Below, piece after piece: positions 51,189-62,869 of a stretch of DNA of 64,000 nucleotides. The notes below the pieces were generated by a model that was not told the DNA's origin, did not search any database, and was given only the letters and a program-made list of their open reading frames with translations. This stretch comes from Heptranchias perlo (Eukaryota), in assembly GCF_035084215.1 (NCBI RefSeq), contig NW_027140008.1, positions 1-64,000 on the forward strand, written 5' to 3'. The stretch's first letter is position 1. Every line of letters begins with the position of its first letter. Made by a program: the position numbers and the translations under genes.

Positions 51189-51194
51189 AATAAA
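51189..51194 (+). terminator. Candidate intronic poly(A) signal AATAAA
   Basis: Starts 27 nt after the in-frame TGA (51160-51162) reached by reading through the TM donor. Confidence 0.45.
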
Positions 51195-51234
51195 GTCTCG
51201 AAATTACAGACAGCGATGTTATAACACACAAAAC

Positions 51235-54200
51235 ACACAGACAGGTAGATCAGGGCCCAGGTACAGAGACAGACAGACAGGTAGATCAGGGCCCAGGTAC
51301 AGAGACACACAGACAGGTAGATCAGGGCCCAGGTACAGAGACACACAGACAGGTAGATCAGGGCCCAGGTACAGAGACAGACAGACAGGTAGATCAGGGC
51401 CCAGGTACAGAGACACACAGACAGGTAGATCAGGGCCCAGGTACAGAGACACACAGACAGGTAGATCAGGGCCCAGGTACAGAGACACACAGACAGGTAG
51501 ATCAGGGCCCAGGTACAGAGACACACAGACAGGTAGATCAGGGCCCAGGTACAGAGACACACAGACAGGTAGATCAGGGCCCAGGTACAGAGACACACAG
51601 ACAGGTAGATCAGGGCCCAGGTACAGAGACACACAGACAGGTAGATCAGGGCCCAGGTACAGAGACACACAGACAGGTAGATCAGGGCCCAGGTACAGAG
51701 ACGCACAGACAGGTAGATCAGTGCCCAGGTACAGAGACACACAGACAGGTAGATCAGGGCCCAGGTACAGAGACACACAGACAGGTAGATCAGGGCCCAG
51801 GTACAGAGACAGACAGACAGGTAGATCAGGGCCCAGGTACAGAGACGCACAGACAGGTAGATCAGGGCCCAGGTACGTGGACAGGTAGATCAGGGCCCAG
51901 GTACGTGGACAGGTAGATCAGGGCCCAGGTACGTGGACAGGTAGATCAGGGCCCAGGTACGTGGACAGGTAGATCAGGGCCCAGGTACGTGGACAGGTAG
52001 ATCAAGGCCCAGGTACGTGGACAGGTAGATCAAGGCCCAGGTACGTGGACAGGTAGATCAAGGCCCAGGTACGTGGACAGGTAGATCAGGGCCCAGGTAC
52101 GTGGACAGGTAGATCAGGGCCCAGGTACGTGGACAGGTAGATCAGGGCCCAGGTACGTGGACAGGTAGATCAGGGCCCAGGTACGTGGACAGGTAGATCA
52201 AGGCCCAGGTACGTGGACAGGGAGATCAGGGCCCAGGTACGTGGACAGGTAGATCAGGGCCCAGGTACGTGGACAGGTAGATCAAGGCCCAGGTACGTGG
52301 ACAGGTAGATCAGGGCCCAGGTACAGAGACACACAGACAGGTAGATCAGGGCCCAGGTACAGAGACAGACAGACAGGTAGATCAGGGCCCAGGTACAGAG
52401 ACACACAGACAGGTAGATCAGGGCCCAGGTACAGAGACACACAGACAGGTAGATCAGGGCCCAGGTACAGAGACACACAGACAGGTAGATCAGGGCCCAG
52501 GTACAGAGACACACAGACAGGTAGATCAGGGCCCAGGTACAGAGACACACAGACAGGTAGATCAGGGCCCAGGTACAGAGACACACAGACAGGTAGATCA
52601 GGGCCCAGGTACAGAGACGCACAGACAGGTAGATCAGTGCCCAGGTACAGAGACACACAGACAGGTAGATCAGGGCCCAGGTACAGAGACACACAGACAG
52701 GTAGATCAGGGCCCAGGTACAGAGACACACAGACAGGTAGATCAGGGCCCAGGTACAGAGACACACAGACAGGTAGATCAGGGCCCAGGTACAGAGACAG
52801 ACAGACAGGTAGATCAGGGCCCAGGTACAGAGACGCACAGACAGGTAGATCAGGGCCCAGGTACAGAGACACACAGACAGGTAGATCAGGGCCCAGGTAC
52901 AGAGACGCACAGACAGGTAGATCAGTGCCCAGGTACAGAGACACACAGACAGGTAGATCAGGGCCCAGGTACAGAGACACACAGACAGGTAGATCAGGGC
53001 CCAGGTACAGAGACAGACAGACAGGTAGATCAGGGCCCAGGTACAGAGACGCACAGACAGGTAGATCAGGGCCCAGGTACGTGGACAGGTAGATCAGGGC
53101 CCAGGTACGTGGACAGGTAGATCAGGGCCCAGGTACGTGGACAGGTAGATCAGGGCCCAGGTACGTGGACAGGTAGATCAGGGCCCAGGTACGTGGACAG
53201 GTAGATCAGGGCCCAGGTACGTGGACAGGTAGATCAGGGCCCAGGTACGTGGACAGGTAGATCAAGGCCCAGGTACGTGGACAGGTAGATCAAGGCCCAG
53301 GTACGTGGACAGGTAGATCAAGGCCCAGGTACGTGGACAGGTAGATCAGGGCCCAGGTACGTGGACAGGTAGATCAAGGCCCAGGTACGTGGACAGGGAG
53401 ATCAGGGCCCAGGTACGTGGACAGGTAGATCAGGGCCCAGGTACGTGGACAGGTAGATCAAGGCCCAGGTACGTGGACAGGTAGATCAGGGCCCAGGTAC
53501 AGAGACACACAGACAGGTAGATCAGGGCCCAGGTACAGAGACACACAGACAGGTAGATCAGGGCCCAGGTACAGAGACACACAGACAGGTAGATCAGGGC
53601 CCAGGTACAGAGACACACAGACAGGTAGATCAGGGCCCAGGTACAGAGACACACAGACAGGTAGATCAGGGCCCAGGTACAGAGACACACAGACAGGTAG
53701 ATCAGGGCCCAGGTACAGAGACACACAGACAGGTAGATCAGGGCCCAGGTACAGAGACACACAGACAGGTAGATCAGGGCCCAGGTACAGAGACACACAG
53801 ACAGGTAGATCAGGGCCCAGGTACAGAGACGCACAGACAGGTAGATCAGTGCCCAGGTACAGAGACACACAGACAGGTAGATCAGGGCCCAGGTACAGAG
53901 ACACACAGACAGGTAGATCAGGGCCCAGGTACAGAGACAGACAGACAGGTAGATCAGGGCCCAGGTACAGAGACGCACAGACAGGTAGATCAGGGCCCAG
54001 GTACAGAGACACACAGACAGGTAGATCAGGGCCCAGGTACAGAGACACACAGACAGGTAGATCAGGGCCCAGGTACAGAGACAGACAGACAGGTAGATCA
54101 GGGCCCAGGTACAGAGACACACAGACAGGTAGATCAGGGCCCAGGTACAGAGACACACAGACAGGTAGATCAGGGCCCAGGTACAGAGACAGACAGACAG

Positions 54201-54785
54201 GTAGATCAGGGCCCAGGTACAGAGACACACAGACAGGTAGATCAGGGCCCAGGTACAGAGACACACAGACAGGTAGATCAGGGCCCAGGTACAGAGACAC
54301 ACAGACAGGTAGATCAGGGCCCAGGTACAGAGACACACAGACAGGTAGATCAGGGCCCAGGTACAGAGACACACAGACAGGTAGATCAGGGCCCAGGTAC
54401 AGAGACACACAGACAGGTAGATCAGGGCCCAGGTACAGAGACACACAGACAGGTAGATCAGGGCCCAGGTACAGAGACGCACAGACAGGTAGATCAGTGC
54501 CCAGGTACAGAGACACACAGACAGGTAGATCAGGGCCCAGGTACAGAGACACACAGACAGGTAGATCAGGGCCCAGGTACAGAGACACACAGACAGGTAG
54601 ATCAGGGCCCAGGTACAGAGACAGACAGACAGGTAGATCAGGGCCCAGGTACAGAGACGCACAGACAGGTAGATCAGGGCCCAGGTACGTGGACAGGTAG
54701 ATCAGGGCCCAGGTACGTGGACAGGTAGATCAGGGCCCAGGTACGTAGACAGGTAGATCAGGGCCCAGGTACGTGGACAGGTAGA
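51235..54785. repeat. Higher-order array of alternating 36-bp and 28-bp unit blocks
   Basis: ACAGGTAGATCAGGGCCCAGGTACAGAGACACACAG blocks alternate three times with ACAGGTAGATCAGGGCCCAGGTACGTGG blocks. Confidence 0.95.
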
Positions 54786-54887
54786 CAGTTATCAGAGCCA
54801 GGGAGAAGAGGCCATTTGCACTGAACTCAGGGTAATGTCACTGACAAAATGCATCTGATTTTTGTTCTCCACTCTCCTCTCCTCCAG

Positions 54888-54973
54888 GCAATATCAGTGG
54901 GACTGGTGACACACTCTGGGCAAAGGGTGGAATTCAATTGGATGTCGTCCGCCCCCTGGATCAGAACGGGTAG
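54888..54973 (+). CDS. Ig-like receptor cytoplasmic-tail exon (C)NISGTGDTLWAKGGIQLDVVRPLDQNG*
   Basis: Very strong polypyrimidine acceptor (TTTTTGTTCTCCACTCTCCTCTCCTCCAG); phase matches the TM donor; open to TAG at 54971-54973. Confidence 0.7.
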
Positions 54974-55004
54974 GATCGGGATTCAATGTCCGTCAGACTG
55001 TCCC

Positions 55005-56600
55005 GGTCTCCATATACCTTGGTTAGACCACACTCGGAGCACTGTGCACAGTTCTGGTCTCCATATACCTGGGTTAGACCACACTCGGAGCACTGTGCAC
55101 AGTTCTGGTCTCCATATACCTGGGTTAGACCTCACTCGGAGCACTGTGCACAGTCCCGGTCTCCATATACCTTGGTTAGACCACACTTGGAGCACTGTGC
55201 ACAGTTCTGGTCTCCATATACCTTGGTTAGACCTCACTCGGAGCACTGTGCACAGTCCTGGTCTCCATATACCTCGGTTAGACCACACTCGGAGCACTGT
55301 GCACAGTTCTGGTCTCCATATACCTCGGTTAGACCACACTCGGAGCACTGTGCACAGTCCTGGTCTCCATATACCTCGGTTAGACCACACTCGGAGCACT
55401 GTGCACAGTTCTGGTCTCCATATACCTCGGTTAGACCACACTCGGAGCACTGTGTACAGTTCTGGTCTCCATATACCTGGGTTAGACCACACTCGGAGCA
55501 CTGTGCACAGTTCTGGTCTCCATATACCTCGGTTAGACCACACTCGGAGCACTGTGTACAGTTCTGGTCTCCATATACCTGGGTTAGACCACACTCGGAG
55601 CACTGTGCACAGTTCTGGTCTCCATATACCTTGGGTAGACCACACTCGGAGCACTGTGCACAGTTCCGGTCTCCATATACCTTGGTTAGACCACACTCGG
55701 AGCACTGTGCACAGTTCCGGTCTCCATATACCTTGGTTAGACCACACTCGGAACACTGTGCACAGTTCTGGTCTCCATATACCTGGGTTAGACCACACTC
55801 GGAGCACTGTGCACAGTTCTGGTCTCCATATACCTTGGTTAGACCACACTCGGAGCACTGTGCACAGTTCTGGTCTCCATATACCTTGGTTAGACCACAC
55901 TCGGAGCACTGTGCACAGTCCTGGTCTCCATATACCTTGGTTAGACCACACTCGGAGCACTGTGCACAGTCCTGGTCTCCATATACCTTGGTTAGACCAC
56001 ACTTGGAGCACTGTACACAGTTCTGGTCTCCATATACCTTGGTTCGACCACACTCGGAGCACTGTGCACAGTTCTGGTCTCCATATTATAAAAAGGATAT
56101 AGAGGCACTGGAGAAGCTGCAAAAAAGATTTACCAGGATGATCCCAGAACTGAGAGGTTTATAACTATCAGGAAAGGCTGAACAGACTGGGGCTCTTTTC
56201 TCTGGAAAAGAGAAGACTGAGGGGTGACCTGATCGAGGTCTTTAAGATTATGAGAGGGTTCGATAGGGTAGACGTAGAGAAGATGTTTCCACTTGTGGGG
56301 GAGACCAGAACTAGGGGGGGCCATAAATATAAGAGAGTCACTAATAAATCCAATGGGGAATTCAGGAGAAACTTCTTTCCCCAGAGAGTGGTGAGAATGT
56401 GGAACTCGCTCCCACAAGGAGTGGTTGAGGTGAATAGTGGAGATGGATTTAAGGGGAAGCTCGATAAACACATGAGGGAGAAAGGAACAGAAGGAGAGGG
56501 TGAGAGGGTGAGATGGAGGAGGGAGGGAGGAGCCTCGTGTGGAGCATAAACCCCGGGATAGACCCGATGGGCCGAATGGCCTGTTTCTGCACTGTAGCCT
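55005..56600 (+). mobile_element. CR1 3' fragment with 51-bp expansion (part of an inverted copy of intron 1)
   Basis: Reverse complement of ~16045-17475 with a few substitutions. Confidence 0.9.
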
Positions 56601-56627
56601 CGATATAAATCTCTGCGTAAACCTTAC

Positions 56628-56673
56628 CGGCCATCAGGAAGACGGGGAGGGAGATAAAAATCATCGACTTCAT
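56628..56673 (-). pseudogene. Orphan inverted copy of the leader exon (MKSMIFISLPVFLMA-G|gtaagg)
   Basis: Same peptide and donor as exon 1, on the minus strand; no V exon follows it and the promoter motifs were not copied. Confidence 0.8.
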
Positions 56674-56819
56674 GCTGGGTTGAGATCTCAGCCGACACAT
56701 CTCTCCACACGGTCAGAGTGCTGGGGACTGGTCCTCCGGCAGTCTCTCCTCTCACACTGACTCTGTTCACAGAATGGCCGGTTTCTGTGCTGTCGACTCG
56801 ATCTGGCAGATCATCAGAA

Positions 56820-58130
56820 AGGGGGGGGCCGGGGTCACACTGTCCCTCGGGGGGGGGGGGCCGGGGTCACATTGTCCCTCGGGGGGGGGGGGGCCGGGGT
56901 CACACTGTCCCTCGGGGGGGGGGGGCCGGGGTCACATTGTCCCTCGGGGGGGGGGGGCCGGGGTCACACTGTCCCTCGGGGGGGGGGGGGCCGGGGTCAC
57001 ACTGTCCCTCGGGGGGGGGGGGGCCGGGGTCACATTGTCCCTCGGGGGGGGGGGCCGGGGTCACACTGTCCCTCGGGGGGGGGGCCGGGGTCACATTGTC
57101 CCTCGGGGGGGGGCCGGGGTCACACTGTCCCTCGGGGGGGGGGGGCCGGGGTCACACTGTCCCTCGGGGGGGGGGGCCGGGGTCACACTGTCCCTCGGGG
57201 GGGGGGGGGCCGGGGTCACATTGTCCCTCGGGGGGGGGGGGCCGGGGTCACACTGTCCCTCGGGGGGGGGCCGGGGTCACATTGTCCCTCGGGGGGGGGG
57301 CCGGGGTCACACTGTCCCTCGGGGGGGGGGGGGCCGGGGTCACACTGTCCCTCGGGGGGGGGGGCCGGGGTCACACTGTCCCTCGGGGGGGGGCCGGGGT
57401 CACATTGTCCCTCGGGGGGGGGCCGGGGTCACATTGTCCCTCGGGGGGGGGGGGGGCCGGGGTCACACTGTCCCTCGGGGGGGGGCCGGGGTCAAACTGT
57501 CCCTCGGGGGGGGGGGGGCCGGGGTCACACTGTCCCTCGGGGGGGGGGGGGGGCCGGGGTCACACTGTCCCTCGGGGTCGGGGGGGGGGGCCGGGTCACA
57601 CTGTCCCTCGGGGTGGGGGGGCCGGGTCACACTGACCCTCAGGGTGGGGGGGCCGGGTCACACGGTCCCTCGGGGTGGGGGGGCCGGGTCACACGGTCCC
57701 TCGGGGGTCTCGTACAGTTGAGCCTGGTTCAGTTGCTGTGTGCTCCCATGTGTCGGGTGCGTTCTGCTGGTGTCGGGGGTCCTCAGTGGGGTCCCAGATG
57801 TGGGGAGTGGGTCCTCGGTGGGGTCCCAGATGTGGGGAGTGGGTCCTCGGTGGGGTCCCAGATGTGGGGAGTGGGTCCTCAGTGGGGTCCCAGATGTGGG
57901 GAGTGGGTCCTCGGTGGGGTCCCAGATGTGGGGAGTGGGTCCTCGGTGGGGTCCCAGATGTGGGGAGTGGGTCCTCGGTGGGGTCCCAGATGTGGGGAGT
58001 GGGTCCTCAGTGGGGTCCCAGATGTGGGGAGTGGGTCCTCGGTGGGGTCCCAGATGTGGGGAGTGGGCCCTCAGTGGGGTCCCAGATGTGGGGAGTGGGT
58101 CCTCAGTGGGGTCCCAGATGTGGGGAGTGG
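56820..58130. repeat. Two G-rich minisatellites (GGCCGGGGTCACACTGTCCCTCG(n); 32-bp GGTCCTCGGTGGGGTCCCAGATGTGGGGAGTG)
   Basis: Tandem units; the Gly-rich ORFs are artefacts. Confidence 0.93.
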
Positions 58131-58229
58131 GCCTTGTTCCACCACCTGTTGCTGGAGCTCTTGATGTTGGTGCAGCCCCCGGTCCTCAGACAGCGAGAGC
58201 TGGAGAACAGCCAGGCTCGGGCTGGGTTA

Positions 58230-59415
58230 CACACACACTCTGAGCACACACCAGACACGTGTAGGGTGTGTAACATACCAAGCACACACCAGACATGTGT
58301 AAGGTGTGTGTAACATACCAAGCACACACCAGACACGTGTAGGGTGTGTGTAACATACCAAGCACACGCCAGACACGTGTAAGGTGTGTGTAACATACCA
58401 AGCACACACCAGACACGTGTAAGGTGTGTGTAACATACCAAGCACACACCAGACACATGTAAGGTGTGTGACTTACGCACGGAGCTCACAACATGCACAT
58501 GTAGGTATGCGTTACACAATGAGCTCACACCGGACCTGTTTAATTGTGTGTTACCCACTGAGCTCCCACCGAGCTCACAGCAGACAGGTGTGTGTGTTTG
58601 TTACACACTGAGTTCACACCAGACATGTGAAGGTGTGTGTTGTACACACAGCTTACACCAGACAACACCAAACTCACACCAGGTACATGTAACATGTGTT
58701 TTACACAACAAGCTCACACCTACACGTGCCTGCTGTGAGCTCAGTGTGCAACACAGATCTACACAGGCCTGGTGTGAGCTTGGTGTGTAACACACACCTA
58801 CACGTGTCGGGTGTGAGCTCGGTGTGTAACACACACCTACACATGTCGGGTGTGAGCTCAGTGTGTAACACACACCTACACATGTCAGGTGTGAGCACGG
58901 TGCGTAACACACACCTACACGTGTCGGGTGTGAGCTCGGTGTGTAACACACCCTACACGTCGGGTGTGAGCTCGGTGCGTAACACACCCTACACGTGTCG
59001 GGTGTGAGCTCGGTGCGTAACACACCCTACACGTGTCGGGTGTGAGCTCAGTGTGTAACACACCCTACACGTGTCGGGTGTGAGCTCGGTGTGTAACACA
59101 CCCTACACGTGTCGGTTGTGAGCTCGGTGTGTAACACACCCTACACGTGTCGGGTGTGAGCTCGGTGTGTAACACACCCTACACGTGTCGGGTGTGAGCT
59201 CGGTGTGTAACACACACCTACATGTGTCGGGTGTGAGCTCGGTGTGTAACACACACCTACACGTGTCGGGTGTGAGCTCGGTGTGTAACACACCCTACAC
59301 GTCGGGTGTGAGCTCGGTGTGTAACACACCCTACACGTGTCGGGTGTGAGCTCGGTGTGTAACACACACCCTACACGTGTCGGGTGTGAGCTCGGTGTGT
59401 AACACACCCTACACT
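58230..59415. repeat. CA/GT-rich ~40-bp minisatellites
   Basis: ACACGTGTCGGGTGTGAGCTCGGTGTGTAACACACC units. Confidence 0.9.
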
Positions 59416-59659
59416 CAGGGAATTTCAGCGACTCTTTGACCTATCCAGGTCTCACCTCATCCTTAACTGATGTCTTTTTATTTCAGGGTACAAAGTAATG
59501 TGATGTAAAAGGGGCAGAGAGATCCCAGCGATCGCACATTGTCTAAAAACTCTGAACTGCTCCAGCACAGGTCGGTCTTCACTACTGTCTTCATGATCAA
59601 TGGAACAGGAAGCTGTTTAAACAATAGGCTGTTTGGTGCAATAACCCTGTCCTAGTACT

Positions 59660-60945
59660 GGATCTCACCCAATCGGGCATCGATCACCCAATCAGGGATC
59701 AATCTCACCCAATCGGGCATCTATCACCCAATCGGGGATCAATCTCACCCAATCGGGCATCTATCACCCAATCAGGGATCAATCTCACCCAATCGGGCAT
59801 CGATCACCCAATCGGGGATCAATCTCACCCAATCGGGCATCTATCACCCAATCGGGGATCAATCTCACCCAATCGGGCATTAATCTCACCCAATCGGGCA
59901 TCTATCTCACCCAATCGGGTATTAATCTCACCCAATCGGGCATCTATCATCCAATCGGGCATCTATCACCCAATCGGGCATTAATCTCACCCAATCGGGG
60001 ATCTATCTCACCCAATCGGGCATTAATCTCACCCAATCGGGCATTAATCTCACCCAATCGGGGATCAATCTCACCCAATCGGGCATTAATCTCACCCAAT
60101 CGGGCATCTATCATCCAATCGGGTATCGATCACCCAATTGGGCATCTATCACCCAATCGGGCATCTATCTCACCCAATCGGGCATTAATCTCACCCAATC
60201 GGGCATCTATCACCCAATCGGGCATCTATCTCACCCAATCGGGGATCTATCACCCAATCAGGGATCAATCTCACCCAATCGGGCATCGATCTCACCCAAT
60301 CGGGCATTAATCTCACCCAATCGGGGATCAATCTCACCCAATCGGGGATCAATCTCACCCAATCGGGGATCTATCTCTCCCAATCGGGGATCAATCTCAC
60401 CCAATCGGGCATCGATCTCACCCAATCGGGGATCAATCACCCAATTGGGCATCAATCTCACCCAATCGGGGATCAATCACCCAATCGGGCATCTATCACC
60501 CAATCGGGGATCTATCACCCAATCGGGCATCAATCTCACCCAATCGGGGATCTATCACCCAATCGGGCATCGATCTCACCCAATCGGGGATCAATCTCAC
60601 CCAATCGGGCATCTATCACCCAATCGGGCATCGATCTCACCCAATCGGGGATCAATCTCACCCAATCGGGGATCAATCTCACCCAATCGGGGATCAATCA
60701 CCCAATCGGGGATCAATCACCCAATCGGGGATCAATCACCCAATCGGGGATCAATCACCCAATCGGGCATCTATCTCACCCAATCGGGCATCGATCACCC
60801 AATCGGGGATCAATCACCCAATCGGGCATCTATCTCACCCAATCGGGCATCGATCTCACCCAATCGGGGATCAATCTCACCCAATCGGGGATCAATCACC
60901 CAATCGGGGATCAATCACCCAATCGGGGATCAATCACCCAACCCA
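59660..60945. repeat. 20/22-bp minisatellite (ATC[TC]ACCCAATCGGG[G/C]ATC)
   Basis: Tandem units. Confidence 0.93.
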
Positions 60946-61084
60946 GTGCCAGTCCCAGATATCATCCCATTAATCACCTCCTGTGGTGAGCTCCCAACAT
61001 TAACAAACTGCAATATTCCTGCATTTGGTGAACCATTAAACTCCTTCCTACTGCCTGTGTTTCTGTGTTGTTTTATTTATACCG

Positions 61085-61705
61085 TCTCCACCCCCACCCT
61101 CGCCCCCAGCCCCTCCCACCCCCAGCCCCGCCCCCACCCCCAGCCCCGCCTCCAGCCCCTCCCACCCCCAGCCCCGCCCCAGCCCCTCCCACCCCAGCCC
61201 CGCCCCCATCTCCTCCCAGCCCCTCCCACCCCAGCCCCGCCCCCATCTCCTCCCAGCTCCTCCCACCCCAGCCCCGCCCCCACCCCCAGCCCCGCCTCCA
61301 GCCCCTCCCACCCCCACCCTCACCCCCAGCCCCTCCCACCCCCAGCCCCGCCCCAGCCCCTCCCACCCCAGCCCCGCCCCCACCCCCCAGCCCCGCCCCA
61401 TCTCCTCCCACCCCAGCCCCGCCCCCACCCCCCAGCCCCGCCCCAGCCCCCCCACCCCAGCCCCGCCCCATCTCCTCCCACCCCAGCCCCGCCCCCAGCT
61501 CCTCCCACCCCCATCTCCTCCCACCCCAGCCCCGCCCCCACCCCCAGCCCCGCCCCAGCCCCTCCCACCCCAGCCCCGCCCCCATCTCCTCCCACACCAG
61601 CCCCGCCCCCACCCCCCAGCCCCGCCCCCCCAGCTCCTCCCAGCTCCTCCCAGCTCCTCCGCCCCCCAGCTCCCCCCGACCCCTCCCCCCAGCTCCTCCC
61701 ACCTC
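61085..61705. repeat. C-rich low-complexity repeat
   Basis: CCCACCCCAGCCCCGCCCC units; the Pro-rich ORFs are artefacts. Confidence 0.9.
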
Positions 61706-61789
61706 CGATCCCACAGACTCGGCAACTCTCTTCCTTCTGGCTCTGGAACGATCCTCCCCCGTTTATCCAGAGCCGTTAACGTGGTCAAA

Positions 61790-62770
61790 CCTCCCAGGGC
61801 ACTTCACAGGAGCGATTAACAAATGAAATTTGACACCGAGTCACATGAGGAGATATCAGGACAGGCGACCAAAAGCTCGGTCAAAGAGGGAGGCTTTAAG
61901 GAGCGTCTTAAAGGTGGAGAGAGAGGCGGGGGGGTTTAGGGAGGGAATTCCAGAGCTCAGGGCCCCGGGCAGCTGAAGGCACGGCCGCCAATGGTGGAGC
62001 GATGGGAATCGGGGGGATGGACAAGAGGCCAGAATTGGAGGAGCGCAGAGATCTGGGAGGGTCGTAGGGGCTGGAGGAGGTTACAGATAGGGAGGGGGGG
62101 CGAGGGCCATGGAGGGATTTGAAAACAAGGATGGAGAATTTTAAAATGGAGGCGTTCCTGGACCGGGAGCCAATGTAGGTCAGTGAGCACAGGGGGTGAG
62201 GGGTGAACGGGACTCGGTGCGAGTTAGGATACGGGGGGAGGGCAGAGTCTTGGATGAGCTGGAGTTTACGGAGGGTGGGAGATGGGAGGCCGGTCAGGAG
62301 AGTATTGGAACAGGCCAGTCTGGAGGTAACAAAGACACGGACAAGGGTTTCAGAGCAGATGAGCTGAGGCAGGGGTGGAGACGGGTGATGTTAGAGGTGG
62401 ATGTAGGCGGTCTCGGTGATGGAGCAGATATGTGGTCAGAAGCTCAGCTCAGGGTCAGATAGGTCACCGAGGTTGTGAACGGCCTGGTTCAGCCTCAGAC
62501 AGTGGTCAGGGAGAGGGATGGAGTCGGTGACGAGGGAACGGAGTTTGTGACCGGGACTGAAGACAACGGCTTCGGTCTTCCCAATATTGAGTTGGAGGAA
62601 ATTTCTGCCCATCCAGTCCTGGATGTTGGACAAGGAGTGTGAGAAATGAGAGACAGTGGAGGGGTCGCGGGAGGTGGTGGTGAGGTAGAGCTGGGTATCG
62701 TCAGCGTACATGGGGAACCTGACGTCGTGTTTTCCGATGATGTCGCTGAGGGGCAGCACGGAGATAAACA
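61790..62770 (-). mobile_element. L2-like LINE 3' fragment
   Basis: MYADDTQLYL..WMGRNFLQLNIGKTE and LHWLPVQERLHFKIL motifs. Confidence 0.85.
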
Positions 62771-62869
62771 TCAGGAAACAGCTGTGATCACAATTCAAGG
62801 ATGGCCACAAGTTAGACAACACACCGAGGGTCAGAGTGATAGGTGAGAAGGTCAGGAGAGATTGATGGG

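Noticed and set aside
50849-51231. ORF-track ORFs 50849-51172 (+) and 50917-51231 (-)
   Set aside because: These are shadow frames of the TM exon, which uses another + frame with matching splice phase.
59487-59510. Extra final coding exon (acceptor TTTTTATTTCAG; GVQSNVM* if spliced from GTAGGA at 54970)
   Set aside because: The phase is compatible, but the donor is weak and the 54888 exon already has an in-frame stop; unsupported without transcripts.
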